Positions 16,494 to 25,568 of a stretch of 29,007 nt of DNA are shown piece by piece. Under the pieces are notes generated by a model, which had not been told where the DNA came from, searched no databases, and saw only the letters and a program-made list of their open reading frames with translations. This DNA comes from Abditibacteriaceae bacterium (GTDB lineage Bacteria > Armatimonadota > Abditibacteriia > Abditibacteriales > Abditibacteriaceae), in contig JANMKN010000243.1 in NCBI GenBank assembly GCA_031372065.1, positions 1 through 29,007 on the forward strand, in the 5' to 3' direction. The first letter of the stretch is position 1. Each line of letters opens with the position of its first letter. Made by a program: the position numbers and the translations under genes.

Positions 16494-16862
16494 CTAACTC
16501 GGCAAATGGAAAAATTGCCGCAGTTGGTCGGGAGGTGTGGTGCCGATAAAAATCATCAGCAACAAGGCCATGCTGAACAGGCCAAAGACAAAAGCCTGAC
16601 CCACAACGCGCTTGGGGCGCAGCACCGCGAAGATTGCCATAGACATCAGAACAGCGACGCCGCTAAAGAAAATAACGGTGCCGCGCTCGTCCAATGAAGC
16701 ACGGAAATACACCATGTTGCCAAGCAGCAAAGGCAGTGCAAAACAAACAAAATTAAGCAAAGAATTGGGTCGTGTTGTGTCGCTGTCAAATTGACTGCGC
16801 ACCTGAGAGATGCCCCGGCATTCGAGGCGTTTACGTTCGTAGATTTGTGCCGAATAGCGCAT
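16494..16862 (-). CDS. Hypothetical small membrane protein (about 3 hydrophobic segments)
   Basis: 122 aa; GGAG upstream of the ATG; hydrophobic stretches LLNFVCFALPLLL, TVIFFSGVAVLMSMAIFAVL, AFVFGLFSMALLLMIFIG; fills the gap downstream of nfi. Confidence 0.6.
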   Translation of the reverse strand: MRYSAQIYERKRLECRGISQVRSQFDSDTTRPNSLLNFVCFALPLLLGNMVYFRASLDERGTVIFFSGVAVLMSMAIFAVLRPKRVVGQAFVFGLFSMALLLMIFIGTTPPDQLRQFFHLPS

Positions 16863-16968
16863 AAAAAATCAACTCCTGATTTATCACGCCAATTTGCAAC
16901 GCCGCGTGACTTTACAGGTATTGAAATGTTTTTGCCAAAAATAGAACCGCGATCGAAGAGGGGGACGA

Positions 16969-17670
16969 TTAAGCCTTTGTTTGGTCTGCTATTCCGTCTT
17001 GCAAACGCACCTGATTGACCAACAGATGGGCCTGTCGCGTGGGTTCTGGAATGCGATAGCCGCCATCACATTGCAAAACTAAATCAATGGTGCTTTGCAA
17101 ATCCATTAAATGGCCCGGCGAGGCATAAACTGGCTGCACTTTGTTTTTGGTGCGCACAGCGGCGCCGATAGTTTCGCCTTTGTAAAGCATCGGCGACCAA
17201 TGGCCGCGTTCGGGCGCAGGCAGTTCAAATTTGCCCACCAAAACGCTTTTCGCACAGCCGATTGTGGGCCGATTCACCAATAACCCAAAATGGGCGCCAA
17301 TCCCCATGCGGCGCGGATGCGCGATGCCTTGGCCGTCTAACATTACTGCGTCCGGTTCGGTTTTTAGTTTTCCCCAAACTTCCAGCAACGCGGGCACTTC
17401 GCGGAACGAAAGCAAGCCGGGAATATAGGGAAAACGGGCCGTCGTTACAACCGCCGCTTGTTCGATGATGCGGCGCGTGGCGACTTCCAGCACGACGATG
17501 CCCGCGTAAATGATTTCGGAAAACTTGTTGAACGAAATATCGCAACCGGCAATGGTGCGAATTTCGTCGGCGGGCGCCTGAATTTGAATCTTGTGGCGCC
17601 ATTCGTTTTGCAATGCGATGGCGCGGGCCGGCGCCACATCCCACTCGTGTAATTTTTGATAGCTTGCCAT
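16969..17670 (-). CDS. nfi: Endonuclease V (deoxyinosine 3' endonuclease)
   Basis: IAGCDISF, FPYIPGLLSFRE, DAVMLDGQGIAHPRRMGIGAH, PTIGCAKS, YASPGH, YRIPEPTRQAH. Start taken at ATG 17670 (TTG 17688 is an alternative). Confidence 0.95.
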   Translation of the reverse strand: MASYQKLHEWDVAPARAIALQNEWRHKIQIQAPADEIRTIAGCDISFNKFSEIIYAGIVVLEVATRRIIEQAAVVTTARFPYIPGLLSFREVPALLEVWGKLKTEPDAVMLDGQGIAHPRRMGIGAHFGLLVNRPTIGCAKSVLVGKFELPAPERGHWSPMLYKGETIGAAVRTKNKVQPVYASPGHLMDLQSTIDLVLQCDGGYRIPEPTRQAHLLVNQVRLQDGIADQTKA

Positions 17671-17684
17671 GGATTGTGATTTTA

Positions 17685-20309
17685 TCAAGGTGCCTGTTGG
17701 TAATGTTGCAACGCGTCGCGTGTGGCGGCGAGCGCGTTTTCCAGATGCTGCAATTGCGGCGCGCTTATAGCCGTTTGATTATTATTGGCACACGCTTCCA
17801 ATTGCTGGCAAATCTTAGCCACCTCGTTGGCGCCAAATTGCCATGCAATGCCTTTGAGCGAGTGCGCGGCTTGTTTTAAGGCAGCGGCATCGTTATGGGC
17901 AACGGCTTCGCGAATCTGGCTTTCGTAAATCGAAACCTGATCGTAGAACATCGTCAACAACGAATCCATTTCCGCGCCGACAGCTTCGTGCAGTTCCGCT
18001 AAAGTTTCCAAATCCAAAACACTCGCAGGAGCGCTGTCTGATTGACTTTCGGCGCCATTTGGAGCGCTTTGGGGGTGTCCGAGCCAAGTGGCGATGGCGT
18101 TGGCTAAATTCGCTGGGCGAATGGGTTTCGAAAGGTAGTCGTTCATGCCCGCTGTCAGACATTTTTCTCGGTCACCTTGCAATGCATGAGCGGTGACGGC
18201 GATGATGGGCACGCTGTCCATAGCGTTGTTTAATTGGCGAATGGCGCTCGCCGTGGCGTAGCCGTCTAATTCGGGCATCTGACAGTCCAACAAAACCAGA
18301 TCGAATGATTGTTGTTGCAAAAGTTCGAGTGCCTCGCGCCCATTCGCGGCAGGCACCGTGACGCAGCCCCATTTTTGCAGCCAGCGCAGGGCCACTTCGC
18401 GATTGATAGCGTTGTCGTCGGCCACCAAAATGCGGGCGCCCACGAAGCGCGTCGTGGCGTTTTGCGCATCTGCGAAGTGAAAATTTACGCTTTCCGGTGG
18501 CGCTTCGGGTTCAATTTCTGCGGGCAAAAGTGGCAACGTGAACCAAAACAACGAACCTTGTCCCGGCACGCTTTTCAGGCCAATTTCGCCGCCCATTAAT
18601 TCGACGAGTTGTTTGGAAATGGCAAGGCCAAGGCCGGTGCCGCCAAAACGCCGCGTGGTGGAGCCATCGGCTTGCGTAAAGGGTTGAAAAAGGGCGGCGG
18701 CGGCCTCCGGCGCGATGCCAAGGCCCGTATCTGAAACCGAAAAACGCAGTGCGTTGCCGGTGTTTTCAACGTGCGCCACCACTTCGCCTTGCGCGGTGAA
18801 TTTGACAGCGTTAGCCGCGAAATTTGCCAACACTTGGCGCACACGCGCGCCATCGCCACGCGCACCGCGCGGCACGGTTTGGTCAACGCGCGCTGTTAAT
18901 TTCAATCTTTTTTCGTGAGCGCCACTGGCGACCATTTGCAGACAATCATCTATCACCGCAGATGGCTCGAAAACGCTGTCTTCGATTTGTAATTTGCCCG
19001 CTTCGATTTTGGAGAAATCCAAGATGTCGTTGATGATGTAAAGCAAAGTATCGGCGCTGATTTGCGCCTTTTTTAAAAGTGTCTGCTGTTCTTTGTCGAG
19101 GCTGGTGTCGTTTAGCAGGCCCAGCATACCCATGACGCCATTGATTGGCGTGCGAATTTCATGGCTCATGTTCGCCAAAAACTGGCTTTTGCTACGGTTG
19201 GCATTTTCGGCGACCTCTTTGAAGACGCGCAGTTCTTCGTTGGAACGGGTGCGGTCACGATCCGCGATTTGCAAGCCGCGCAGCATTCCATTGATGGCGA
19301 CGCCGAGGTGGGAAAGTTCGTCTTTGCTGGTGGTGGAAAGACGCATCGAAAGGTCTTTGCTTTGCCCCACTTTGTTGACGTCATTGTTGAGTCGCGCCAG
19401 TGGCGCCAAAACGTTGCGTTCTACCAAAAGCAGCGTCGCCGCCGCGAAACATAAGCCTGCCACTAACACAGCAAACAATAGGTTGCGCTGACCGACGCGA
19501 CTTTGCTGATAAATCTCGCGCGGCACCACCACGCGCAGCACCAGCGCCGGGCGATTGAAAATGTCATTCAGCAAGCCATAAGCGCCAATGGCCTCCTCGT
19601 TCAGCGGTTCGATAAACCCCTTTGGCGCTTTGCGCAAATTCGTCAGTGCATGAAGGAATTTCGCTGGCAGATGGCCGCCTTCAATGGGATACAAGGTCAA
19701 AGATAAACGCGCGACAGCGTTGAGTTTTTGTATTTCTGCGGTATTAAGATAGCGACCTACAATGAGCGTGCCGCGAATCGGGCCAGTGTGTTTGGTGGTG
19801 ACAATAGGCCGCGATGCTAAAAACATTGGCCCTTTTGGAAGAGCCAATAAACCATATTTGCTGCTGTTGACATCGCTGTGCTGCAAAAAGGCGCTGCCGG
19901 GTTGGAGATGTTTCAAGACCTCTGCTGGAATGGGGATTTTACGCTTGGAAGCGGCATCGAATCCCGTGCCCCAAACCATGTGTCCTATCGGGTCAATGAA
20001 TGCCATCAATTGCAGGCCCATATCGGACAAGGTATGGGCGGCCAGATTGGAAGCTATGTAATGTGGGGCACGATTTTGAATAAAGGCATAGGTGTCGTCC
20101 CATGCCGACCAATCGGCAAAACGAGCGTTGAAATTCTCTGTTTCCAAGCGAATCGAGAGCAGGGCGCTATCCAAAACGCGTTGTGTGTCCTGATCTTCCG
20201 CACGGCGCACGCTGCTTTCCAGAATCTTCGAGGTCGCCAGATACAAAACCAGCACCAAACCACAAAGCGTCAGGCCGATGGTTAGGAAAGTGCGGACACG
20301 AAGAGTCAT
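17685..20309 (-). CDS. Hybrid sensor histidine kinase: CHASE4-like sensor, HAMP, HisKA, HATPase, receiver, Hpt
   Basis: Two TM segments around an extracytoplasmic domain with [11 protein letters not shown] (CHASE4-like); H-box [54 protein letters not shown]; Hpt AHSLKG. Confidence 0.92.
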   Translation of the reverse strand: MTLRVRTFLTIGLTLCGLVLVLYLATSKILESSVRRAEDQDTQRVLDSALLSIRLETENFNARFADWSAWDDTYAFIQNRAPHYIASNLAAHTLSDMGLQLMAFIDPIGHMVWGTGFDAASKRKIPIPAEVLKHLQPGSAFLQHSDVNSSKYGLLALPKGPMFLASRPIVTTKHTGPIRGTLIVGRYLNTAEIQKLNAVARLSLTLYPIEGGHLPAKFLHALTNLRKAPKGFIEPLNEEAIGAYGLLNDIFNRPALVLRVVVPREIYQQSRVGQRNLLFAVLVAGLCFAAATLLLVERNVLAPLARLNNDVNKVGQSKDLSMRLSTTSKDELSHLGVAINGMLRGLQIADRDRTRSNEELRVFKEVAENANRSKSQFLANMSHEIRTPINGVMGMLGLLNDTSLDKEQQTLLKKAQISADTLLYIINDILDFSKIEAGKLQIEDSVFEPSAVIDDCLQMVASGAHEKRLKLTARVDQTVPRGARGDGARVRQVLANFAANAVKFTAQGEVVAHVENTGNALRFSVSDTGLGIAPEAAAALFQPFTQADGSTTRRFGGTGLGLAISKQLVELMGGEIGLKSVPGQGSLFWFTLPLLPAEIEPEAPPESVNFHFADAQNATTRFVGARILVADDNAINREVALRWLQKWGCVTVPAANGREALELLQQQSFDLVLLDCQMPELDGYATASAIRQLNNAMDSVPIIAVTAHALQGDREKCLTAGMNDYLSKPIRPANLANAIATWLGHPQSAPNGAESQSDSAPASVLDLETLAELHEAVGAEMDSLLTMFYDQVSIYESQIREAVAHNDAAALKQAAHSLKGIAWQFGANEVAKICQQLEACANNNQTAISAPQLQHLENALAATRDALQHYQQAP

Positions 20310-20492
20310 AGTTTTGCCAGTTCAATAAAGGGCAATTACTTGGGTAAAACGCGTGATGGCGTTAGGAACAGTTTCGGTGCAAGACATTTTTTCAACAAGT
20401 TATGAGTAGCTTGAGCCGTGTAATACTCTCTATTGTCTTGTTAATTCTAAGATTTAACCGCTTCTGAATTATGACAAGGCAAATCAAAAACC

Positions 20493-20532
20493 AAAGTGCC
20501 GCGTTGAAAGTATGTTTTCAACGCGGCACTTT
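20493..20532 (-). terminator. Intrinsic terminator downstream of amtB
   Basis: Stem AAAGTGCCGCGTTGAAA / TTTCAACGCGGCACTTT about 15 nt after the amtB stop, followed on the minus strand by GGTTTTT. Confidence 0.8.
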
Positions 20533-20547
20533 TTCATTCGTGAGATT

Positions 20548-21894
20548 TTAATTCACGGCATCTGCATAAGCTTCTTCGCCATGCGCGCACAAATCGAGGC
20601 CGCGATGTTCGTCTTCTTCGCTGACACGCAGGCCCATTGTCGCCCCCAGTATTTTGAGTAGCACAAAAGTCACGGCCATCGAATAAACGGCGGTCACAAT
20701 GCAAGCAATAACTTGGGTTAGAAAAGTTTGCGCATTGCCTTCCAGCCATCCGGCTTTGGCTGCCGGGTTGATGCTGGTGAGTGTGGCCGTAACGAAAACG
20801 CCCGTCAACAGTGTGCCGCAAAAGCCGCCGACGCCATGAACAGCGAAGGCATCTAACGAATCATCTAAAGGGCTTTTAGCGCGCCATGTCGCCGAGGCAT
20901 AACAGATAGCCGAAATAATAGCGCCGATAGCCATCGCGCCGAGCGGTGTCACAAAACCAGCCGAAGGCGTCACGCCCGCTAAACCGGCAATCGCGCCCGT
21001 GGCGCCGCCCAACGCTGTCATTTCCTTGCGCGTCATTTGATCGAGCAGCATCCACACCAGCATGGCTGTGGCGCCCGCTGTGTTGGTATTGACAAAAGCC
21101 GCCGTTGAAAGCTGCCCACTGGAAAACGCCGAGCCGGCGTTAAAACCAAACCAGCCGAACCACAATAGCCCGGCGCCCAGCAAGGTGAACGGCAAATTAT
21201 GCGGACGCAGCGGCTGCACGCGATATTCGCGGCGAGGCCCCACCACCAAAGCGCAAACCAGAGCCGAAAAACCGGCGGTAATATGAACGACGGCGCCGCC
21301 CGCGAAATCAAGCGCGCCCATTTTTTGCAGCCAGCCGCCGCCCCAAAACCAATGTGCGACGGGCGAATAAACCAGCAAACTCCACAGCAGCATAAACACC
21401 ATGAACGTGGTGAATTTCATGCGCTCAACGACAGCGCCCGAAATGAGCGCCGGTGTGATAATGGCAAACATCGCCTGATAAATCATAAACGCTTGATGCG
21501 GCACCGTCGGTGACAAAGGCGCGGCGTTTAAGCCGACGCCGCTCAAACCGAAATACTGCAAGCCGCCGCAAAGCGGGTTGGCTTCGCCAAAAGCCAGCGA
21601 ATAACCCAGTAGCAGCCACGCCACACCGATAATCGCTGCGGCGCCAAATGACATCAGCAGCGTGTTCAGCATATTTTTGCCGCGCACCATGCCGCCATAG
21701 AAAAACGCCAACGCGGGCGTCATAAGCAGAACAAGGGCCGCCGAGGTGAGAATCCACGCCGTATCGCCCGCATTTACGACTTTATCCGCTTGCTCCGGCA
21801 CTGCATAACTGGCCGCAGTGCCTAAAAATGTCGCGCCGATAACACCAAGCCGCAGCCGCGCCAACGCGAAGCGTTGCAGAGAATCGCTTGCCAT
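20548..21894 (-). CDS. amtB: Ammonium transporter AmtB
   Basis: GDTAWILTSAALVLLMTPALAFFYGGMVR, FQ-like AFMIYQAMFAIITPAL, DFAGGAVVHI and DAFAVHGVGG (twin His), LWFGWFGFNAGS, C-terminal GLRVSEEDEHRGLDLCAHGEEAY; GGGAGA RBS. Confidence 0.96.
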   Translation of the reverse strand: MASDSLQRFALARLRLGVIGATFLGTAASYAVPEQADKVVNAGDTAWILTSAALVLLMTPALAFFYGGMVRGKNMLNTLLMSFGAAAIIGVAWLLLGYSLAFGEANPLCGGLQYFGLSGVGLNAAPLSPTVPHQAFMIYQAMFAIITPALISGAVVERMKFTTFMVFMLLWSLLVYSPVAHWFWGGGWLQKMGALDFAGGAVVHITAGFSALVCALVVGPRREYRVQPLRPHNLPFTLLGAGLLWFGWFGFNAGSAFSSGQLSTAAFVNTNTAGATAMLVWMLLDQMTRKEMTALGGATGAIAGLAGVTPSAGFVTPLGAMAIGAIISAICYASATWRAKSPLDDSLDAFAVHGVGGFCGTLLTGVFVTATLTSINPAAKAGWLEGNAQTFLTQVIACIVTAVYSMAVTFVLLKILGATMGLRVSEEDEHRGLDLCAHGEEAYADAVN

Positions 21895-21945
21895 ATCCCA
21901 TCTCCCAAATGAATTTTTCGCCTCAAAAACGTCGGGGGTCGTTAA

Positions 21946-22000
21946 ATTATGCGCCGCATTGTGTTTCGGTTATGTTTCGGGGAAGTAACGCTTCGGTTTC
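21946..22000 (-). promoter_or_regulatory. amtB promoter with four pentamer boxes spaced 11 bp apart (GlnR/OmpR-type) and a -10 CATAAT
   Basis: Minus strand reads GAAAC-n6-GTTAC-n6-GAAAC-n6-GAAAC (plus-strand pentamers at 21996, 21985, 21974, 21963); CATAAT at 21951-21946. Confidence 0.7.
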
Positions 22001-22029
22001 ACGCTATTAATTTAGGGGTGTGGATTTCA

Positions 22030-23382
22030 TTACCTGTTCACGCCAAAAACGAAATCGCCGATGCTGGCGGAATCCACGATGGTTTGCCGGTTCGGAAATT
22101 TTGTAGTGTCGCGCGCCGGTTTCCCACCATCGTCTTTCCTATCGGGGCCGATGCTCCATAATTTATAACTCGCGCCTTCGCGCTTGTAGCGCAGCGGTTT
22201 ATTCACGAAAACATCCAACGGCACCGACGGTAAATAAGCGGGCACTAATGCGTTGAGCGAAGCGGGATAACTGCCTTTTTCCAATTTATAAGCGCGCAAG
22301 GCAAGTGCGGCGATGAGTTGTCTGTAATTCACTCGCGAAAGGGTGTAGCTCCAACGGTTTCTGGCGTAAGAATCCACGAAAATATCGCTGAAAATGTCGG
22401 CCCCGCGTGCGGGCTTAATATTCCGGTAAGGCTGTTGCGAGGCGGCGATGGCGGCATCCGCGACGGCAATATAATTTTGTGTCAGACGGCGCTTGCTATA
22501 ACTCAACATTCGCGCGCGACCTTGTGCATAAACGCCAAGCACTTTGGCACTATCCCAATAAGTAGGCTTTCTTCCTGTTGCCATTGAGTCAAGAAAAACG
22601 TCAAATTGCTCCCATCTCGCTTCGACGGTAGCAAATTGGGCACGCCAGTTGGATTGGCTAAAAATGCTTCGATAGCTTTGCAGTTGCATCCACTTTTCTT
22701 CATGGAGAGCGTCGGTTACAGACGGGGCCGTTTTTAACATTGATTCCAGTTGATGAGCAGTATTTTTCGCTGTCGGCGCATCTAACCTATCTACGGTTTG
22801 CTGCAAGGCTTTAATGCCCCGCATTGATGAATCACTGCCTAATATCCATGCCACATTTGGCCCTCCGCGTCTGACCTCTTGACCGAAGCGTATACACTCT
22901 AAGGCTGGTTGTGCGGCCTTGTTCCAGTCGCCTTTGGCGACGAAAACGTGGCTTTCGCTTATCAACAAGCGTCCCAAACCACGAAAGTTGCTATAAGGGC
23001 GCATATAATCAGTGCGCGGCGGATACTGGCTTTGATATTTTAAGCCTTGCCGCAATAAGCGTAGCGCCTCGGCGTTTTGTTGTATCCATGCTTCTCTGGC
23101 TTTTAACGGATATTTCTGATTGAAAATCTTCGCATTTTTGGGGTCTGGCTCTGGCTCCTTTTCAATTATCAATGAGTGCGGCTCTGCCACATAGGCTTGC
23201 GCGGCTTTCACAAAGAAATCGAAGCCATTGGGTTTTGGTGCTACTGGCGCAGGGGGAATGACGATGTTTGGGTCGCGGTTGGTGTCATACCACCAAAAGG
23301 CGCCGGTTAAGCAAAGCACCGTGAGGCTTCCCCAAAGGAATCTGTGGCGCTTAAAGTCTGGTAAAAAGCGAGGGTTTTTCAT
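22030..23382 (-). CDS. Hypothetical N-terminally membrane-anchored helical protein with a pseudopilin-G-like C-terminal motif
   Basis: 450 aa; single TM (FLWGSLTVLCLTGAFWW); C-terminal ALRAYKLEKGSYPASLNALVPAYL..P.D.F...L.Y......YKLWSIGPD.KDDGG; starts 9 nt after the prepilin gene stop. Confidence 0.7.
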   Translation of the reverse strand: MKNPRFLPDFKRHRFLWGSLTVLCLTGAFWWYDTNRDPNIVIPPAPVAPKPNGFDFFVKAAQAYVAEPHSLIIEKEPEPDPKNAKIFNQKYPLKAREAWIQQNAEALRLLRQGLKYQSQYPPRTDYMRPYSNFRGLGRLLISESHVFVAKGDWNKAAQPALECIRFGQEVRRGGPNVAWILGSDSSMRGIKALQQTVDRLDAPTAKNTAHQLESMLKTAPSVTDALHEEKWMQLQSYRSIFSQSNWRAQFATVEARWEQFDVFLDSMATGRKPTYWDSAKVLGVYAQGRARMLSYSKRRLTQNYIAVADAAIAASQQPYRNIKPARGADIFSDIFVDSYARNRWSYTLSRVNYRQLIAALALRAYKLEKGSYPASLNALVPAYLPSVPLDVFVNKPLRYKREGASYKLWSIGPDRKDDGGKPARDTTKFPNRQTIVDSASIGDFVFGVNR

Positions 23383-23391
23383 AATTTCGGC

Positions 23392-24054
23392 TCAGTGATA
23401 TTTGCCGGGTGCAAAGAGGGCGAGCGATTCTTCGCTGCGGATTTTGCGAACGCTGCCGCCATAGGTGAGAACCAATTCCCAACCGCCACTGGCGGGCGTG
23501 TAGCCTGTGGAACTTGCTGTGAAATCGCTGGCCCAGTGCCACGGACAGCCTGCCAGTGGTGTTAAATCGCCCCAGCGACCAAAGCCGAAATCGGGCGCGC
23601 GGTCATACCAATTGTTATCGAGCGCGATTTGCCACTGTGGGAAATATTCGTAGCTCACGCCTGTCGGCAGATAAGTGTTGCCTTCGTAATAATCGTTGCC
23701 CGCGATTTGGCCGCGCTTGCCATCGGACGGGCAGAGCAAGGCGCGCGGGTCACGCAAATACGCTTGGTTGACCAGCGAAAGATGCGTCGGCAAACCGCCG
23801 TCGAAATCCTGCCGGTAAAGATGAAACGCCAAGCCGATTTGCTTGAGATTGGATATGCAGGCCGTGCGCCGTGCCTGCGAACGCGCTTTGGCAAATGAAG
23901 GAAATAACAGCGCCGCCAGCAGCGACAGCACAGCGATAACAACAAGAAGCTCAACAAGAGTGAAGGCGGAATGGCGAATGCGGAATGCGGAATAGACAAG
24001 ACTATTAGGCTCGACAAATGTTGTGTTTTTGTCGAGTTTAATACGTCTATTCAT
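23392..24054 (-). CDS. Prepilin-type N-terminal cleavage/methylation protein (DUF1559-like)
   Basis: [54 protein letters not shown]...P and LLCPSD. The ORF-track start at 24129 lies inside rnpB, so ATG 24054 is preferred (24075 possible). Confidence 0.85.
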   Translation of the reverse strand: MNRRIKLDKNTTFVEPNSLVYSAFRIRHSAFTLVELLVVIAVLSLLAALLFPSFAKARSQARRTACISNLKQIGLAFHLYRQDFDGGLPTHLSLVNQAYLRDPRALLCPSDGKRGQIAGNDYYEGNTYLPTGVSYEYFPQWQIALDNNWYDRAPDFGFGRWGDLTPLAGCPWHWASDFTASSTGYTPASGGWELVLTYGGSVRKIRSEESLALFAPGKYH

Positions 24055-24080
24055 TCCGCATTCTGCATTCGCCATTCCGC
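23966..24080. repeat. ~115-bp palindrome with arms of four GCGGAAT-type heptamers and an inner stem
   Basis: Left arm GCGGAAT GGCGAAT GCGGAAT GCGGAAT (23966-23993); the reverse complement of the right arm 24053-24080 matches it 27/28. Inner stem TATTAGGCTCGACAAA / TTTGTCGAGTTTAATA (24003-24043). Confidence 0.9.
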
Positions 24081-24087
24081 ACTCCAA

Positions 24088-24529
24088 AGGGGGCGTGTTT
24101 ATAAGCCGGATTCTGTGGCGTCTCTCCAACGCCGATGGTCATTTCTCTGCCGCGAAACTTGCGCTTCGCGTGACGCCCAAAGTTGCCTCTGGGCGCAGCA
24201 GCCAACCCGAAAACTTGCCGGGCCGGGTCTTCCGCTTTCGCGGCTTGTGTTTTCTGCTTGGCCTTGCACCGGACGGGGGTTACCACAATCGAAGTTGCCT
24301 TCGATTGGTGTTTTCTTGATTGAGGAAAACCTCGCGCACGAAAAACACCGTTTCATTTCCACGCCGCCGCGTTTCCGCGTCGGCGTTTCTTCGTCTCTGT
24401 GGCCCTGTCCCGCCGCACGGCTCACACCGCACGGGATCGCCGTTAGCGACCGTCCTGCCCTGTGGTGTCCGGACTTTCCTCACGATGAATTGGCTTTCGC
24501 CTCACCGCGCGACCATCCAACACGCCCCT
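24088..24529 (-). ncRNA. rnpB: RNase P RNA (bacterial type A-like, ~440 nt)
   Basis: Minus strand carries the universal GAGGAAAGTCCGGAC and ACAGAATCCGGCTTAT motifs; P1 GGGGCGTGTT/AACACGCCCC; P2 GATGGTC/GACCATC; ACAGAGA, TGAAACGG and GCAAGGCCAA...GGTTGGCTGC elements in the expected order. Ends approximate. Confidence 0.96.
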
Positions 24530-24533
24530 TTTC

Positions 24534-24542
24534 ATTTTAACA
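24534..24542 (-). promoter_or_regulatory. Extended -10 (TG-T-TAAAAT) for rnpB
   Basis: Minus strand GTGTTAAAAT lies about 5 nt upstream of the P1 5' strand. Confidence 0.65.
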
Positions 24543-24562
24543 CGGCAATTAAAAACGGCGTT

Positions 24563-24667
24563 GAAACACAAAGGCACAAAGAAAGGATAAAGAAAGAGAC
24601 CTGCGGGCATGAGGTCTTTGGGCTTCTTCAAAATCTTCTTTGTGCTTCCTTTGTGCCTTTGTGTCTC
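24563..24667. repeat. Inverted repeat of CACAAAGG octamer units after the PhyH stop
   Basis: GAAACACAAAGGCACAAAG (24563-24581) versus CTTTGTGCCTTTGTGTCTC (24649-24667), 18/19 complementary, with an internal small stem AGACCT...AGGTCT. Confidence 0.85.
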
Positions 24668-24670
24668 GAT

Positions 24671-25453
24671 TCAAAAAATCTGCGTATATTTTTCGCCGTT
24701 GCTGGCCGTGGTTTGCGCGTCCATGTAGCACACGCTAAAAGCGCGGCGCGAAATATCCGTGGCGTTGGTATCGCTGCGATGCAAAAGCCAGTTGTGCAAC
24801 AGCACGGCTTCTCCGGCTGCGAGTTCGAGAAATTCTACGCTCTTATCCGGCGCGAATTCACGCGCTTGGGTTTCAGTGAGAAAACCTGATGGATGATTGG
24901 GATTAATAAGGCCAAATTTGTGGCTACCCCGCACGATTTGCACGCAGCCGTTGGCTTTGGTGGCGGGGTCGAGCGCTGTCCATAGGGTAATTAGCGGGTC
25001 GCGGTCAAGATAATTCCAGCGGTCTTGATGCCACGGCAAAAGCGTGCCTTTGTGCGCTGGTTTGTTCATGAACATGGCGCGAAACGCCGCGATGAAAATG
25101 TCGCCGTAAACCTTGGCGCAAATTTCTTGAAACAGTGGGCGCCCCATGAATTCGAGAAACAAAGGGTCGCTTTCCAAATCTTGAATTTTGCGATAATCCA
25201 GCGTCGCGCCTTTCCAGCCGCGCGATTGCTGCCCGGCGTTTTCATACTGGCCGTCGGCGCTGTCGAGTTGCATCAGAATCTTATCGTAATCCAACTCGGC
25301 GCGGCCCAGCATGATGTCGTCAATGCGCGTTTGCAAAGCCGATAAATCTCCGTCATTCAGCACGCGGCCCAAAGGCAAATAACCATCGCGTTCGTATGTT
25401 TCCCAGTGTTGCGCTGTGAGCGTTTTCGTCACTTCTTTTAAATTCGTTGCCAT
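24671..25453 (-). CDS. Phytanoyl-CoA dioxygenase (PhyH) family Fe(II)/2-oxoglutarate oxygenase
   Basis: Start MATNLKEV at 25453 with AAGGA RBS; YERDGYL; HxD motif PWHQD; WTALDPATKANGCV..GSHK; LLHRSDTN..RRA. Confidence 0.9.
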   Translation of the reverse strand: MATNLKEVTKTLTAQHWETYERDGYLPLGRVLNDGDLSALQTRIDDIMLGRAELDYDKILMQLDSADGQYENAGQQSRGWKGATLDYRKIQDLESDPLFLEFMGRPLFQEICAKVYGDIFIAAFRAMFMNKPAHKGTLLPWHQDRWNYLDRDPLITLWTALDPATKANGCVQIVRGSHKFGLINPNHPSGFLTETQAREFAPDKSVEFLELAAGEAVLLHNWLLHRSDTNATDISRRAFSVCYMDAQTTASNGEKYTQIF

Positions 25454-25568
25454 GATTTTCTTTCCTTTTGCACGATCTGAACGTGATAATATTACTTTTA
25501 CCCGTTGTAAAACCCGAAACAATGGATGAAACGGGCGAAGTTTTATATTATTTAGCAATTAGGCTCTT

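Noticed and set aside
17685..21894. Functional link between the hybrid kinase and amtB (nitrogen sensing)
   Set aside because: A strong terminator and ~240 bp of intergenic sequence separate them; adjacency alone is not evidence.
23971..24889. ORFs overlapping rnpB, including the 24129 start of the prepilin gene
   Set aside because: The region is explained by the structured RNase P RNA, its flanking palindromes and the 3' end of phyH.
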